Source: Polyangiaceae bacterium (GTDB lineage: Bacteria > Myxococcota_A > Polyangia > Polyangiales > Polyangiaceae). From it: a DNA stretch of 64,000 nt. A model generated the notes under the pieces. It did not search any database and had not been told where the DNA came from. It worked only from the letters and a program-made list of their open reading frames with translations. A program made the position numbers and the translations under genes. The stretch is taken from NCBI GenBank assembly GCA_044376115.1, contig JBILLK010000033.1, forward strand, positions 48,320 to 112,319, read 5' to 3'. Below, in pieces: positions 19,608 to 32,100 of this stretch (its first letter is position 1; each line of letters starts with the position of its first letter).

Positions 19608-21674
19608 ATGGAAGGGAAGCAGAAAATCGCGCTCACGTTCGGGCTCTACCAAAACGAGGCGCTTGTGCGCCGAGAAACGGTAAACCAGGACATTGTCAAG
19701 ATCGGCAAAGACGCAAAGAGTCATCTGCGCGTTGAGGACGAACTTGCATCGCGAATGCACGCGGTGATCGAGGTTGGAGCTGGTGCTGACGACATTACGT
19801 TGATTGACCTAGGGAACGAGCCGGGCACGCTTGTGAACGGTACGCGGGTCAACAAGTGCAAGGTCGGCGTCGGGGATCAGATTCAAATCGGCGGGACTAA
19901 GATCGTGCTTGAACGAGCCGAGGCTGTCGCTGTAGCGACTGCGTCTGCTTCAGCTCCTCCCCCTTCTCAACCAGCGCCTGCGGCGACGAATCCGTTTGGT
20001 GGTGCATCAGCTCCCTTCGGTGGGGCTTCTCCGTTTGGCGGGGCGGCGTCGCCCTTTGGGGATGCGAACCCGTTCGGCGCTCCTGCAGCCGCGGCCGCAA
20101 GCCCGTTTGGAGACCCATTTGGAGCATCGACTGCCTTTGCGGCCCCTGCGCCTGTTGACGAGGTTCCCGCGGATGCTCCTGAGGGTTCCTACACATACTC
20201 GATGATCAAGGCCGGGCCGCCCGTTCTTGCGGAGGAGGTAGAGAGTCACGCCTCCGCTGTTGAGGTAATGGTCATGTGGGATCAGTCGATCCTTCATGTC
20301 GCGCATCTGTCGCCTCCTCGTTCGTTTTATGTTGGCGAAGAGGATCGAAGCAACGTCCGATGTGACTACTTCGTGCCTGCAGAAAAACTCGGAACCACAC
20401 GCGCGCCAGTGGTTCTCGCGAACGCTGGGGGGGTGTCAGTCGTTATTCTCCCGCGTTGCACCGGAACCATCGAGATCGGTGGGCAGGTCATGAGTCTGCA
20501 GGAAGCCGTAGCCAACGGTCGCACTCAGCCATGCGCGGAGCTTTCGGGAGCTCACCAGATGCAGCTCCCGATGAATGCAAAGGCCAAAATCATTCTCGAC
20601 AACGGGCTCACCTTTCAGGTGTCCGCCGTGAATGCTGGTAGGAAAGTCGCCGGCCACGTGGCGCTCGCCCTTGCTCCTTTGGCGTTCTTTGGTCTCTCGG
20701 GAGCGATTCACGGTGGATTGTTGACCGCGATGTTTCTCTTCATGCCTCCGTTGACCAATACCGAGGACGGCGAGATGTCGGCGGATCAGCAGTACCTGCT
20801 TCAGCAGATGCTCAACGCAGCCGCTGAGAAGGAGCTCGAGGAGAAGGAGACTGAGCAGGTCACTGAAACCAACGCCGACAACAAGGAGGGCGGTACGGGG
20901 ACCCGTGCGAAGGGTGAGGAGGGTTCGATGGGTAACCCGACGAGCTCCGCAACCAACAAGCGCTTTGCGGTGAAGGGACCTGCCGATAACCCGGATCCGC
21001 ATATCGCTCGTCAAGCTGCTCTTCGGGACGCTCAGGAGTTCGGCATGATCGGTCTGCTCAATTCTGGGGCAGGTGGTGATCCGGATGCTCCGACCGCTCC
21101 CTGGGGTCGTGACGATTCGAGTGGAACCGACGCCCTTTCAGCACGCGGTAACATGTGGGGTGATGAGATCGGCGACGCCTACGGCGCTGGTGGTCTTGGT
21201 CTATCCGGCATCGGCGAAGGCGGCGGTGGGCGTGGCGAAGGCATCGGTCTTGGGAACATTGGAACCATTGGCCACGGCGCGGGTACGGGCACGGGTCAAG
21301 GGATTGGCAACGGGAGCGGGCGTTTGGGCGGTTCACACCGAACGAAGCCGCCCTCGGTCCGCATGGGTGCGACGAGCGTGAGCGGGCGCCTTCCTCCTGA
21401 GGTAATCCAACGCATCGTTCGCCAAAACTTTGGTCGTTTCCGACTTTGTTACGAGCAGGGGCTTCGGAACAATCCGAACCTGACGGGTCGCGTGAGCGTT
21501 AGCTTCGTGATTGGTCGCGATGGAGCGGTCGGTAGCGTCGGCGGTGGCGGTGACCTTCCGGACTCAGGCGTCATCAGTTGCGTCGCGGGTGCCTTCCGAG
21601 GTCTTTCGTTCCCGCAACCTGAAGGCGGTGTGGTCAAGGTGTCGTACCCGATCATGTTCTCGCCTGGCGGCTGA
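19608..21674 (+). CDS. gltG: Gliding motility protein GltG (PglI): FHA + TM + TonB-C-like domain
   Basis: FHA (KIGK..SRMHAVIE..DLGNEPGTLVNG), TM (SGAIHGGLLTAMFLF), Gly-rich linker and C-terminal IQRIVRQNFGRFRLCYEQGL..NPNLTGRV...FPQPEGGVVKVSYPIMF. Confidence 0.88.
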   Translation: MEGKQKIALTFGLYQNEALVRRETVNQDIVKIGKDAKSHLRVEDELASRMHAVIEVGAGADDITLIDLGNEPGTLVNGTRVNKCKVGVGDQIQIGGTKIVLERAEAVAVATASASAPPPSQPAPAATNPFGGASAPFGGASPFGGAASPFGDANPFGAPAAAAASPFGDPFGASTAFAAPAPVDEVPADAPEGSYTYSMIKAGPPVLAEEVESHASAVEVMVMWDQSILHVAHLSPPRSFYVGEEDRSNVRCDYFVPAEKLGTTRAPVVLANAGGVSVVILPRCTGTIEIGGQVMSLQEAVANGRTQPCAELSGAHQMQLPMNAKAKIILDNGLTFQVSAVNAGRKVAGHVALALAPLAFFGLSGAIHGGLLTAMFLFMPPLTNTEDGEMSADQQYLLQQMLNAAAEKELEEKETEQVTETNADNKEGGTGTRAKGEEGSMGNPTSSATNKRFAVKGPADNPDPHIARQAALRDAQEFGMIGLLNSGAGGDPDAPTAPWGRDDSSGTDALSARGNMWGDEIGDAYGAGGLGLSGIGEGGGGRGEGIGLGNIGTIGHGAGTGTGQGIGNGSGRLGGSHRTKPPSVRMGATSVSGRLPPEVIQRIVRQNFGRFRLCYEQGLRNNPNLTGRVSVSFVIGRDGAVGSVGGGGDLPDSGVISCVAGAFRGLSFPQPEGGVVKVSYPIMFSPGG

Positions 21675-21690
21675 GCTTGGGTTGAAAGTG

Positions 21691-21720
21691 AAAGAAGCCG
21701 AGACTTGTCTCGGCTTTTTT
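21691..21720 (+). terminator. Intrinsic terminator after gltG
   Basis: AAGCCGAGAC-TT-GTCTCGGCTT followed by a T run. Confidence 0.85.
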
Positions 21721-21972
21721 CGTTTGTCTGTTTTGTCCGGAACTCGCGAAGTCGCCTACCCCAAAACGGGCCTGGACTTCACTGCGCTTTGCCTCCTATC
21801 CTCGCGGCGCTTGCTCCTTTACTTATTCGACGTGCGACGCATCTCCCAAAGCACGTCGCGTGACAACGCATCTACCGACGAGGCCTACCTGCCTTCGCTT
21901 CGGAACACCATCCATCGAGAGAACTACTTCGCAAGTACTCCTTGCGATCTGAGGAAAGTGAGAGCCCTTCCG

Positions 21973-22926
21973 ATGAAGCTCTGCAATCTGCTCGTCGCCG
22001 TCGCCTGCATTGGCACTCTGACGTCGGCGTGCAATCGAAACCGGCAGGACGCCGTTCTCGCCGCGAACGAAGCGGAGAAGCTCCGCAAAGGCGACAAGGA
22101 TGGTGCGATTGCCAAGCTTGAGGATGCCACCCGCCTAGATCCGGAGAGCCACGCGATTTGGTACAAGCTCGCCACGATCCACGAAGAGAAGGAAGACTGG
22201 GCGAAGATGGCAGAGGCGCTTCAAGGCGCAATTACTGCCGATGACCGCAACAAGGATGACGGCACTTGGGCGACCTACCATGCGAAGCGTGGTTACGCCC
22301 TTGAGATGCAGGCGAAGAAGAAGCCTGGCAAGCCCAAGGATAAGGCCGGGGCCTATGAAGAGGCCAAGGCCCCCTACACCAAGTGCATCGAGCTGGATGA
22401 GAACTATGCGGACTGTTACCACCAACTGGGCAACGTCTACATGTGGACTGACGATGAGCAACAGGCCATCGAGTTCTACACCAAGGCCATCCAGCACGAT
22501 CCAACGGCGCTTCGTTACTATGGCCCCTTAGCAGAGCTGTACATCAATCTCGGCTACCTCAAGGAAGCGGAAATGGTCCTCAAGGAGGCCAAGACTCGCG
22601 GCGGCCCAGGTGACAAGTTGATGTGGGGCATCCACGTGCTGATGGGGCAAGTGCTCCAATCGCGCAACGATACCGCAGGGGTGGTGGCGGAGCTCGAAGC
22701 GGCAAAAGCTATCAATACCGGGGAGGGGCCCGAGGGCGTGCTGATTCTGTACTCGTTGGGTGCTGCCTACGCAAACGCTCAACCACCCAAGGTGCAGGAG
22801 GCGACAGACATGTTGAAGGGCTTCGTTTTGCGCGTCTGCAAAGGTCAGAAGGCTGCACAGTACGAAGTGGAGTGTGAGGGAGCGCGATCAACGCTCACGA
22901 ACAAGCTCAACGCAACGGTTCAGTGA
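21973..22926 (+). CDS. TPR lipoprotein
   Basis: ATG 21973; lipobox LTSAC; several TPRs (AIWYKLATIH, ADCYHQLGNVY, YYGPLAELYINLG); 317 aa. Confidence 0.8.
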   Translation: MKLCNLLVAVACIGTLTSACNRNRQDAVLAANEAEKLRKGDKDGAIAKLEDATRLDPESHAIWYKLATIHEEKEDWAKMAEALQGAITADDRNKDDGTWATYHAKRGYALEMQAKKKPGKPKDKAGAYEEAKAPYTKCIELDENYADCYHQLGNVYMWTDDEQQAIEFYTKAIQHDPTALRYYGPLAELYINLGYLKEAEMVLKEAKTRGGPGDKLMWGIHVLMGQVLQSRNDTAGVVAELEAAKAINTGEGPEGVLILYSLGAAYANAQPPKVQEATDMLKGFVLRVCKGQKAAQYEVECEGARSTLTNKLNATVQ

Positions 22927-23100
22927 ATGTGGGCACCCTTTGCTCGTCGCGGTGAGTGGAGCGGTGCCGGCAGGTTGTAATTGGTTGCCGACTCTAACGA
23001 GTCGGATTGCGGGGAGCAGATCTCTGGTCCCCGTCAGCAGTGGTTTGGATTTGGGTTCGCAACGCGAACCTGAACTTTGCTGGTGAAGGCCGAAGGCTCC

Positions 23101-26100
23101 ATGGAACTTTCAGCGCGACTGAGTCTCCTCGAATCAGTTCATGATTGGCAATCGTTGTTGGAAGAGCTCGAGAGAGCTATCGCCAACACCTCCGATGCAG
23201 AAGCGAAGGCTGGGCTTCATTTGCAGATCGGCCGGGTACTTGACGAACGCTTCCTCCAAGGAGTGAAGGCGCTCAAGCACTTTCAGGACGCCTTCAAACT
23301 GAATCCAGCGCTCTTGGAGGCGTTGGAGCGGGCTCGGGGCATCTATTGGGAGCTTGGCAAAACCGCGATGGTCCAGAAGCTTCTGGATATCGAACTGCGG
23401 TCTGCCCAAGGCGCTGAAGCTGTGCCTCTGCTGCTCGAGCAGGCAGATGTCCTGTGCGATGGTGGCGATTACGAGCGTGCTGCTGCCACGTATGCCAAAG
23501 CGTTGGGTGCATCCGAAGGCACCAGCGACGACGCCAGGGCGGGGCTTGAAGACACTCAGCTAGGGGAAGAGTCCTGGCAGGCGTTTGTTGCGACGCTTGT
23601 TCAAGAGGCTGAGGAGCAGACGGGGAGTGCAGCAAGCCGAAGTTTCCTTCGCGCTGCGCGGATCGCGAGGAGGTTTGGTGCATCTTCCGCTGAGGAACTG
23701 TTTGCGCGCGCGTACGATTCTTCACCGCTCGAACGTCAGGTAGCTGCCGTCTACGAGGGCTTGTTGGTCGCTTCTGAACGAGGCGCAGATTTGGTTGAGC
23801 TGCAGCGTGAATTCCTCGAGCGGCAAAGCGCGAAGGCGCGCGCGGTTGCTAGCTTCCGGTTTGGTTCACGTTGGGCGACCCGACATCAACAACTGGAGAC
23901 GGCTGCAACGTTTTTCGAGGAGTCTCTCTCACTCGACCCGACGAAAGATTCGGCTCTCCACTTCCTCAAGGAGCTTTACGGCGTTCGCGACGGCAATTGG
24001 GATCAGGCGCTCGGCCTCATCGAGAAGGCAGCGAATTCGACTGCTCCTTCTGCGTTTGCGTTGGCGACTGCTGGGCTAACTGCCTGGAAACAGCAGGGAA
24101 ATCTGCTGCGCGCGCGGGTGTGGTTCGAGAAGCTTGCTCAGCTAACCCCAGATCATCCGGCCATTCCCTTGTTCGAACTGCAGATTGGCGAGTCTGTTCG
24201 TGGAGTGCCAACGACTGAAGCCGACGAAGTTGATCTCAACGTCGGTGAACTCCAGTCCTCTGAGGACATGGCGGCCTCGATTGAGGAAACGTCGGTTGTT
24301 GCACCGGAAGAACTCGCAGAGGCAATTGAGCCCGCTGCTGAGGCTGATGTCGTCGAGGCTCCCGTCGACGTACCCTCAGACGTTGCGGATGAGGTGCTTG
24401 CTGATGACGCAGCTCCGACCGCTGGCATGGAAGCCGAGCCGCCGGTCGAGCCTGAGGTCACTGCTCCGACCGCGTCAGAGCAGGCTGCTCCCGTAACTCC
24501 ATCTGTCGCCGCTGCAGTCGAGCCAGTAGTTGCTCCGGCGCCCCGAAGTCCTGAGAAAACCGCGCAAGCTTCCGACCCTGCCAAGGTTCAGGAGCTGAGA
24601 CAAAAGCTCGAGAAGCTGCAGGCTGCCAAGCGCATGACGGAGTACGTCAAGACGCTGGTTGAACTTGCCGACTGCCTCGACGATCCGAACGAGAAAGTAG
24701 CTGCGTACCTCGAAGCTGCGGAACTCTACACCACCAAGTTCCCGAACGCTGCCGAGGCAGTCAAATGCTTCGAGGCCGTGCTTGCGATTGACGAAAACAA
24801 CGAGCTCGCGATTGAACACCTGCGGGCAACGTACGAGAAACGCAAGGATTGGGAGAAGCTCATCCGCCTCATGCGCCGAGAGGCAAGCGTGCTCGAGGTT
24901 GGGTTCGACCGGAGCGCGAAGTTTGCGGAGATCGCTCGGCTCGCGACTGAGCGAGTAAAGAAGCCAGACGTTTGCATCGAGCTGTGGGAGGAGGTCCTCG
25001 CCGGGGATCCTGACAACGTCGAAGCGTTGAACTCCTTACCCGGTCTTTATGAGCGCAACAAGGAGTACGGGAAGCTCGCGGACGTGCTTGAGCGCCAGGT
25101 GGAGATTACCTCCGATGCTCAAACGCAGGAGGCAACCTACAAGAAACTTGGTCAGCTCTACGGCGAGCGCCTTGGCGATGACGCCAAGGCTGTCGAGGCG
25201 TGGCGCAAACTCCTTGCACTCAACCCCAATGACCGTTCGGCCCAAGAGGCGCTGAAGAAGAAGTACCTTGCGCTTGGGATGTGGGATGACCTCGAGGTCT
25301 TCTACGCCGACAGCGGAAAGTGGGACGAGTTCATTCGTCTACTCGAAGCGCAAGAAGCAAAAGAAACAGAAGATGCCGCGAAGATTGGTCTTCTGGTCAA
25401 GACGGCCCAACTTTGGGTTACGCAAAAAGGCAAACTCGACCGAGCAGCCCGTGCGTATGAGAAGGTTCTCTCGCTAGACCCGAAGCATCTTGGTGCCGCT
25501 GAAGCGCTGATCCCGATTTACCAGCAAGCCAACAATGCGAAGGGTCTTGCGTCGGCGATTGAAGTGAAGCTCAGCCACGACGTCGATGGCGAAGAGAAGC
25601 TCCTCCTGTTGCGTGAGGTTGCGGGGCTTTACGAGGGCAAGCTCAAAGAGCCCGAGCGGGCATTTGAACGGTACCTTGCTGCGTTTGAGTCCGCACCGAC
25701 TGACGAGCGCTGTGTTGAAGACGTAGAACGAGCCGCTGGAGTAACCAAGAGCTGGGAGGCTTTGGTCGGCGCGTATCATCGCGCGATCGAGCGAGCTTCT
25801 GAGGACGCCGAGAGGATCGGGTTGCGGCTCCGTTTGGGCCGGGTTCTCACAGAGGAGACCGGGGAAGTCGAGAAGGCCCTTGAGCAATTCCGCGCCGTAC
25901 ACGAAGCGGACCCTGAGAACACAGACGCGATCTCGGCGCTGGAGCGACTGTACCGCCAGACCTTGAACCACGCTGAGTTGCTTGGCATTTACGAAAAGAA
26001 ACGTGATCTCGCCAGCGAGCCCGAGGCGCGACACTCGATTCTCGCCAGCATCGCGCAGCTTCACGTTTCGGAACTCAAGAATCCCCGCGCGGGTATCGAC

Positions 26101-29100
26101 ACCTATCGGCAGCTACTAGAAGAGAATCCGCAAGATCCTATCGCGCTGGCTGCGCTCGACGGTCTCTACAAGGACCTCGAAGATTGGGAGAACTACGCGG
26201 AGGTACTCCGAGCGCGACTTGAGTTGGACAACACTGAAGAGCAGATTGTCGACCTTAAGTATCGGTTGGGATCCGCGCTTGAGAAGCACCTGGGCGACCC
26301 TGCTGGGGCGCTTGCGAACTACCGGGAGATCCTGTTTGTCGATCCGGCCAATGAGCCGGCGCGGGCCGCGCTTGAGACGTTGCTTGAGCATCCTGAGCTG
26401 CGCGCAGAGACGGCCAGCATTCTTCAGGAGATCTACGAGAGCCGTGGCGATTGGGCGAAGCTGATTGGTTCATTGGAGATTCTCGCAGCCGCGGAAGAAG
26501 ACCAGGGCCGAAGGGTTGGCCTACTTCGGAAAGTGGCGCGAGTCGCGGCGCAGAATCTTCAGGATCTGCCAGCCGCTATCGAAGCCCAGGCGAGGGCTCT
26601 TCGAGCCGATCCCAGTGATGGCGACACGCTTGCGGAACTTGAGCAGTTTGCGGAGCAAGCTACAGCTTGGGACGACCTCGAACGAATCCTTTCCGAGGTC
26701 GCGGAGGGCCTTGCAGACCCGGCGCTCGCGCGTGCGTACTGGATGCGACTCGCGTCCATTGATGAACGGCTCAACAAGGTGGACGTCGCAGCAGAGCGCT
26801 ACCTTAGGGTTCTCACGATTGACGCAGCAGATGGCGAAGCGCTCGCTGCCATGGATGCGCTCTATCGAAGAACGGAGCGATGGGAGGATTTGATCGGCGT
26901 GTATCGACGCCGCATTGATCTCGCTGAGGCGCCCCAGGATCGCGAGGGTCTCTACTCTCAGATGGCGTCGGTCTACGAAGACAAGCTCGGCCGCCCAGAG
27001 GACGCTATTGCAGCGTATCGCGGAGTCCTTGAGCTCGAGCCCACGAGCGTCGTTGCATTGACCGCACTCGACGGGCTCTACACGCGGCAGGGCCGTTGGG
27101 TCGATTTGGCGGAAAATTTGGAGGCTCACCTTCAGCTCGCCGAATCCGACGAAGAGCAAACTCGGCTCATGCTTCGGCTCGGAGATCTCAGGGAGACCCG
27201 AATGGGTCAGGTTGAAACCTCGATTGATATCTACCGCGAGGTGCTTGAGCGAGATCCGGCGAATGAAGCCGCCCTTGGGGCGCTCGAACGACTCGGTCAA
27301 AGTCCGGACCATGAACTTCCGATCTCCGAAATCCTGGAGCCGCTTTACCGGCAATCTGGAGATTGGCAGCGACTGATTGGCGTCTACGAAGTTCAGGTTA
27401 GGCGTAGCGAAGACCCAACGCGCAGAGTCGAGTTACTGCACCAAATTGCCTCGTTGTACGAGGACTCGGGCAATCTGGCGGACCAGGCATTCCAATCGCT
27501 TTCGCGCGCCCTTGCTGAAGACCCCACCTCCGAGGACACCAAGGGGAGCCTTGAGCGCATCGCCCGTGCGGAGGGGTGGTATGCCGAGCTAGCGAAAGTC
27601 TTTGAGGACCGAGCTGCATCGGCCCTCGTCGGGGGCGATCCCAACGCGGCCGATGAGGCCACTGCCATCGGCGATCCCGCCGTTGCGGTGGACCTCTTCA
27701 CGATGGCGGCGCGCATCTATGAGAATGACCTCGCGGCCGCCGAGCCGGCCGTACTTCACTATCGTAAAGTCCTAGAGATCGACCCAGCGAACCTCGCAGC
27801 CGCTGAGTCGCTTGAGCGCATGTTCCGGGGGGGCGAGCAATACCCCGAACTCAGCGCGGTTCTTCAGCACAAGGCTGAGATTCTGGAAAGCATGTCCGAC
27901 AAGAAGGGGGCGCTATTCCAGGCTGCCTCAATCGAGGAGGACGTGCTGGATCGTCCGGATGCTGCGGTCGTCTGTTACCGGAAAATCCTCGAGTTGGATG
28001 CTGAGGATGTTCGGGCCGTCGACGCGCTCATCAAGGTCCATTCGGCACGTGGCGAGTGGGCGAGCCTCTTGGCCGCGTATGTGCAAAAGGCCGACCTTGT
28101 GAATGACCCAGGGGAGAAGAAGAGCATCTTCTACCAAATCGGCGCGGTGCACGAGCGAGAGCTCAAGGATGTTCCGCAAGCGATTGACACGTACAATCGA
28201 ATTCTCGAGATCGATCCCGCAGATCTAGCCGCGCTCGCTCGCCTCGACGCTCTTTACCAATCTTCTGAGAATTGGGCGGAGCTACTGACCGTTCTGCAAA
28301 ATCAGAGCGAGCTGGCGGCGGATGCTGAAGAGAGCATTCGCTATCAATATCGAATTGCGGAACTCTACGAGAAGCGCCTCGCCGATGCCCCGCGGGCGAT
28401 TGAGCTCTATCGAGAGCTCCTCTCGCAGATGCCGGATCATGAGCCGACACTGACCGCGCTCGAGGGCATCAAGGACTCCGGGAAGGACGCTCATGCTGCC
28501 GCGTTGGTTCTCGAGCCTGTCTATGACGCGGCTGGTGACTGGGCACGACTTGTGAGTGTGCTCGAGGTTCAGGTGAAGCACACCGAGGACGTGTTCGGTC
28601 AGGTTGACCTGTTGCACCGCATTGCTCGCCTCGACGAGGAGATGATTGGTGACCACCGTGCAGCGTTTGAGGTCTATGCACGCGCTGTCGCCCTCGACGT
28701 GACGAACGAGGAGTCGCTTGCGTCGTTTGAACGCTTGGCGATGGCGGTCGGTAGCTGGCCGCAGGTTGCTCAACTCTATGACGCTGAGCTTTCGCGGCTG
28801 AAGTCCGAGCAACCGGAGCGCTTCGTGGATCTCGCTCTGCGGCTTGCGCAGATCTTCGAGACTCAATTGGAAGATGTCGACAATGCTATCGGCCGATATC
28901 GGGCGGTCGTTGAGGTTGACTCTGAGAATTGGACTGCGATTACGTCGCTTGACCGTCTGCTCGTGATGGTGGAGCGCTGGCGCGAACTTGTTCCGGTGCT
29001 TGCACGCGAGGCCGAGATCGGTCCGACCCCCGACGACATTCTGAACTTTAAGTTCCGACTCGGTCAGGTTCACGAAACGCGCCTTGCGGACGTCCCGGCT

Positions 29101-32100
29101 GCCATTCAGGCCTACCGAGAGGTCATCGCCGCCGCACCCGAGCACGCACCGACGCTTGAGGCTCTTGAGGGGCTATTCGCTCAAGGGGTCCACCAACTTG
29201 AGATCGGCGAGGTCCTTGAGCCGCTTTACCAATCGACCGGCGATTGGGACAAGCTGACGGCCGTCTTCGAGGCGGAGCTTGGTCAGAAGACCGGCAGGGA
29301 AGAGCGTCTTGCTACGTACTTCCGTATTGCCGAGCTGCATGAGGAACGTTTGATTTCGCTCGACGGCGCATTGGCGGTCTACATCCGCTCACTCAAGGAG
29401 TTCCCTTCTGATGAGAAGACTCTCGATGAATGTGAGCGGCTCGGGGCTGCTTCTGACGGCGGCTGGGAGGCGTTAGCGAACGCTTACGCCGACGTGCTTG
29501 AGCTGCACGAGGACAAGCCCGTTCAAGCTGCGATTGGCAAGCGACTCGCGCGCCTTTTCGAGGAGGAACTTGGAGACATCTCCAACGCGGAGAAGACGTA
29601 TCGCTACGTGCTTGGGATCGACCCGGCAGATGTCCCTGCGCTCACCGAGCTAGACCGCATCTATACGTCTCTTGAGCAGTGGCCGGAGCTGGCTCAAGTG
29701 ATTGAGCAACGAATCCCTGCCACCACCGATCCAATGGAACTCACCGAGCTCCACCTCCGGGTCGGCGAGGTGTACGAGGAGCGTCTTCAAGACGAGTCAG
29801 GTGTCGGACAGCTCGATGACGCGACCCGCGTGTTCCGCCGCGTGTTCGACGAGTTGGACCCAGCGAATGAGAACGCCATCAATGCGTTGGAGCGCATCTA
29901 CAGCCAGCGCGAGCAGTGGCCTGAACTCAAGATGGTGCTCGACCGGCAGCTCGAGCACGCGAGTGGAGACTCTGCTGAAGCGGATATTCGCGCCAAGCTT
30001 GCCAACGTTTTGGCCGACAAGCTCAATGAGCCGGCCAAAGCGACCGATGCTTGGAAACGCGTGCTCGACCTTCGCGGAGACGACCCCGAGGCGCTTCACG
30101 GATTGGCCAATCTCCACGAGCGGTTGGGCGAGTGGTCAGAGCTCACAGAAGTGCTTGGTCGCCATTTCGACATCGCAGAGGACGACGCCGATCGAGTGTC
30201 CGTGCTCTTGCGCCGTGCTCGGCTATTCGAGGGCCAGCTTTCGCGGGATGACGAAGCTCTCGACGACTACCACCGGGTGCTCGACATCGAAGGCGACAAC
30301 CTCGATGCGCTGTATGCGATTGCTGCCATCTGGCGGCGTCGCAATGACCCTGCGCAGCTCGTGGAGACGCTCGATCTCACGATCCTTCGCGCAACCGAGA
30401 AGCTTCCGCCTGAGCACCAAATTGCGCTCTTCCGCGAGCTCGCTCTAACCCATCAGAACGTTCTCGGTCAGTCGTACGAAGCGGTAGACGCGTGGCGTCG
30501 ACTGCTGGCCGTTGACCCCCGCGACTTTGAGGCGATGTCCAACCTTGAGAACCTCCTTCGCGCCGAAGACCGGTGGGAAGAGGTGATCGAGGTGAAGATG
30601 GGGCGAGCAAAGGCTTTGCCCACACCCGAAGAGCAAATTCGCGAGTACCTCGAGGTCGCAGCTTTGTGGGAAGGGGCTGTTCAGAAAGCCGACGCCGCAA
30701 CTCCCGCCTACGAAGCCGTTTTGGCCCTCGACCCGGCCCACGACCAGGCCTTCAAAGCGCTTGAGAAGCTCCACGCAGCTGCTCGTCGCGACGAGGCGTT
30801 AATCGAGCTGTTCCTCGCTCGCCTCGACACTCGTGACGAGACGCATGAGAAGACCGAACTCTTGCGTAAGGTTGCCAAGGTCTTCGACGAAGGTCTTGAA
30901 GACAAGCCTCAAGCGTTCGACGCACTGTTGACCGCGTTTGAGATGGACGTTGACGACAACGAGACCACCAAGGCGCTCGAGAAGGTCACTCAGTCAACCA
31001 ACAAGTGGCCTGAGCTCGTCCAGCAGGTCAACCAGTGGTTGACCGGCGAGCAGGTGCCCTCGCGAAAGATCACCCTCTGTCTACGGTTGGCCAAGTGGTA
31101 CGAGGATCTCAATCGTCCGGAGTACGCACAGCCCTACTACGCGCAGGTTCACAAGCTGGACCCCAACAACGTCGCCGTGCTGCGGCAGATGGCTAACTTC
31201 CTGAAGCGGTCAGGCAACTTCCAGCAACAGGGGCAGATGTTGCAGCAGGCCCTGGCGAACGCAGTGTCTGACACGGACCGCAAGGAGATCCTGACCGAGA
31301 TGGGTGAGGTGCTCCACCTCAAGATGAACGAGACCGAGCAAGGGTTGTCCTTCTATCGGCGTGCGCTTGAGGTTGACCCGCACTACGTGCCCGCTTTGGA
31401 GCAACTCGAGAAGCATGCGGTTGAGCGCGGCAACAACGCAGAACTCGTAGATATCTTAAGCGCAAAAGCAAAGGGGCTTGCTGAACCCGACCAAGTTGCG
31501 GCGACCAAGCTACGTGTCGGCGGGATTTATGAGAGCACGCTCGGGCACCCGGACAAGGCCGCTCAAGCTTATCGCGAGGTCCTCGACGCGGACGCCAGCA
31601 ACGTTCTCGCAATGCGCGGACTAGAGCGCGTGCATCAACAGATGCAGCAGTGGCCCGAGCTCGTCTCGGTCCTTGAGATGCAGTTGGATGTCGTCGCAAC
31701 GGAACGCGAACGCATTGAGGTCCTCATGAAGATCGCAAAGATCCAGGAGGAGCTCTTCGTCAAGCCCGATGCTGCGGCGCTTCGTCTTGAGCAGGTTGTT
31801 GAAATCGACCCCAACTTCGAGCCGGCATTGGAAGGACTAGCTCGTTGCTACCGTCAGCGGCGACAGTGGCTCGACCTCAACAACACCTACGACCGCCACG
31901 TCAATGCGACGAGCGACCGCCTCAAGAAGGTGGAGTTGTGGAGCGCGCAGGCGATCGTCTACTCCGATGAACTCGAGGACATTGACCGCGCGATCGACAG
32001 CTACAACAACATCGTCGAGCTGGACCCGCAGCACATACCGGCGCTCGACGCGCTCGCGAAGCTCTACGAGAAGCAGGGCGAAACCGATCGCGCGATTGAG

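Noticed and set aside
21511..21972. 154-aa extension of the TPR lipoprotein ORF
   Set aside because: It runs through the gltG end and its terminator; the lipoprotein signal starts at 21973.
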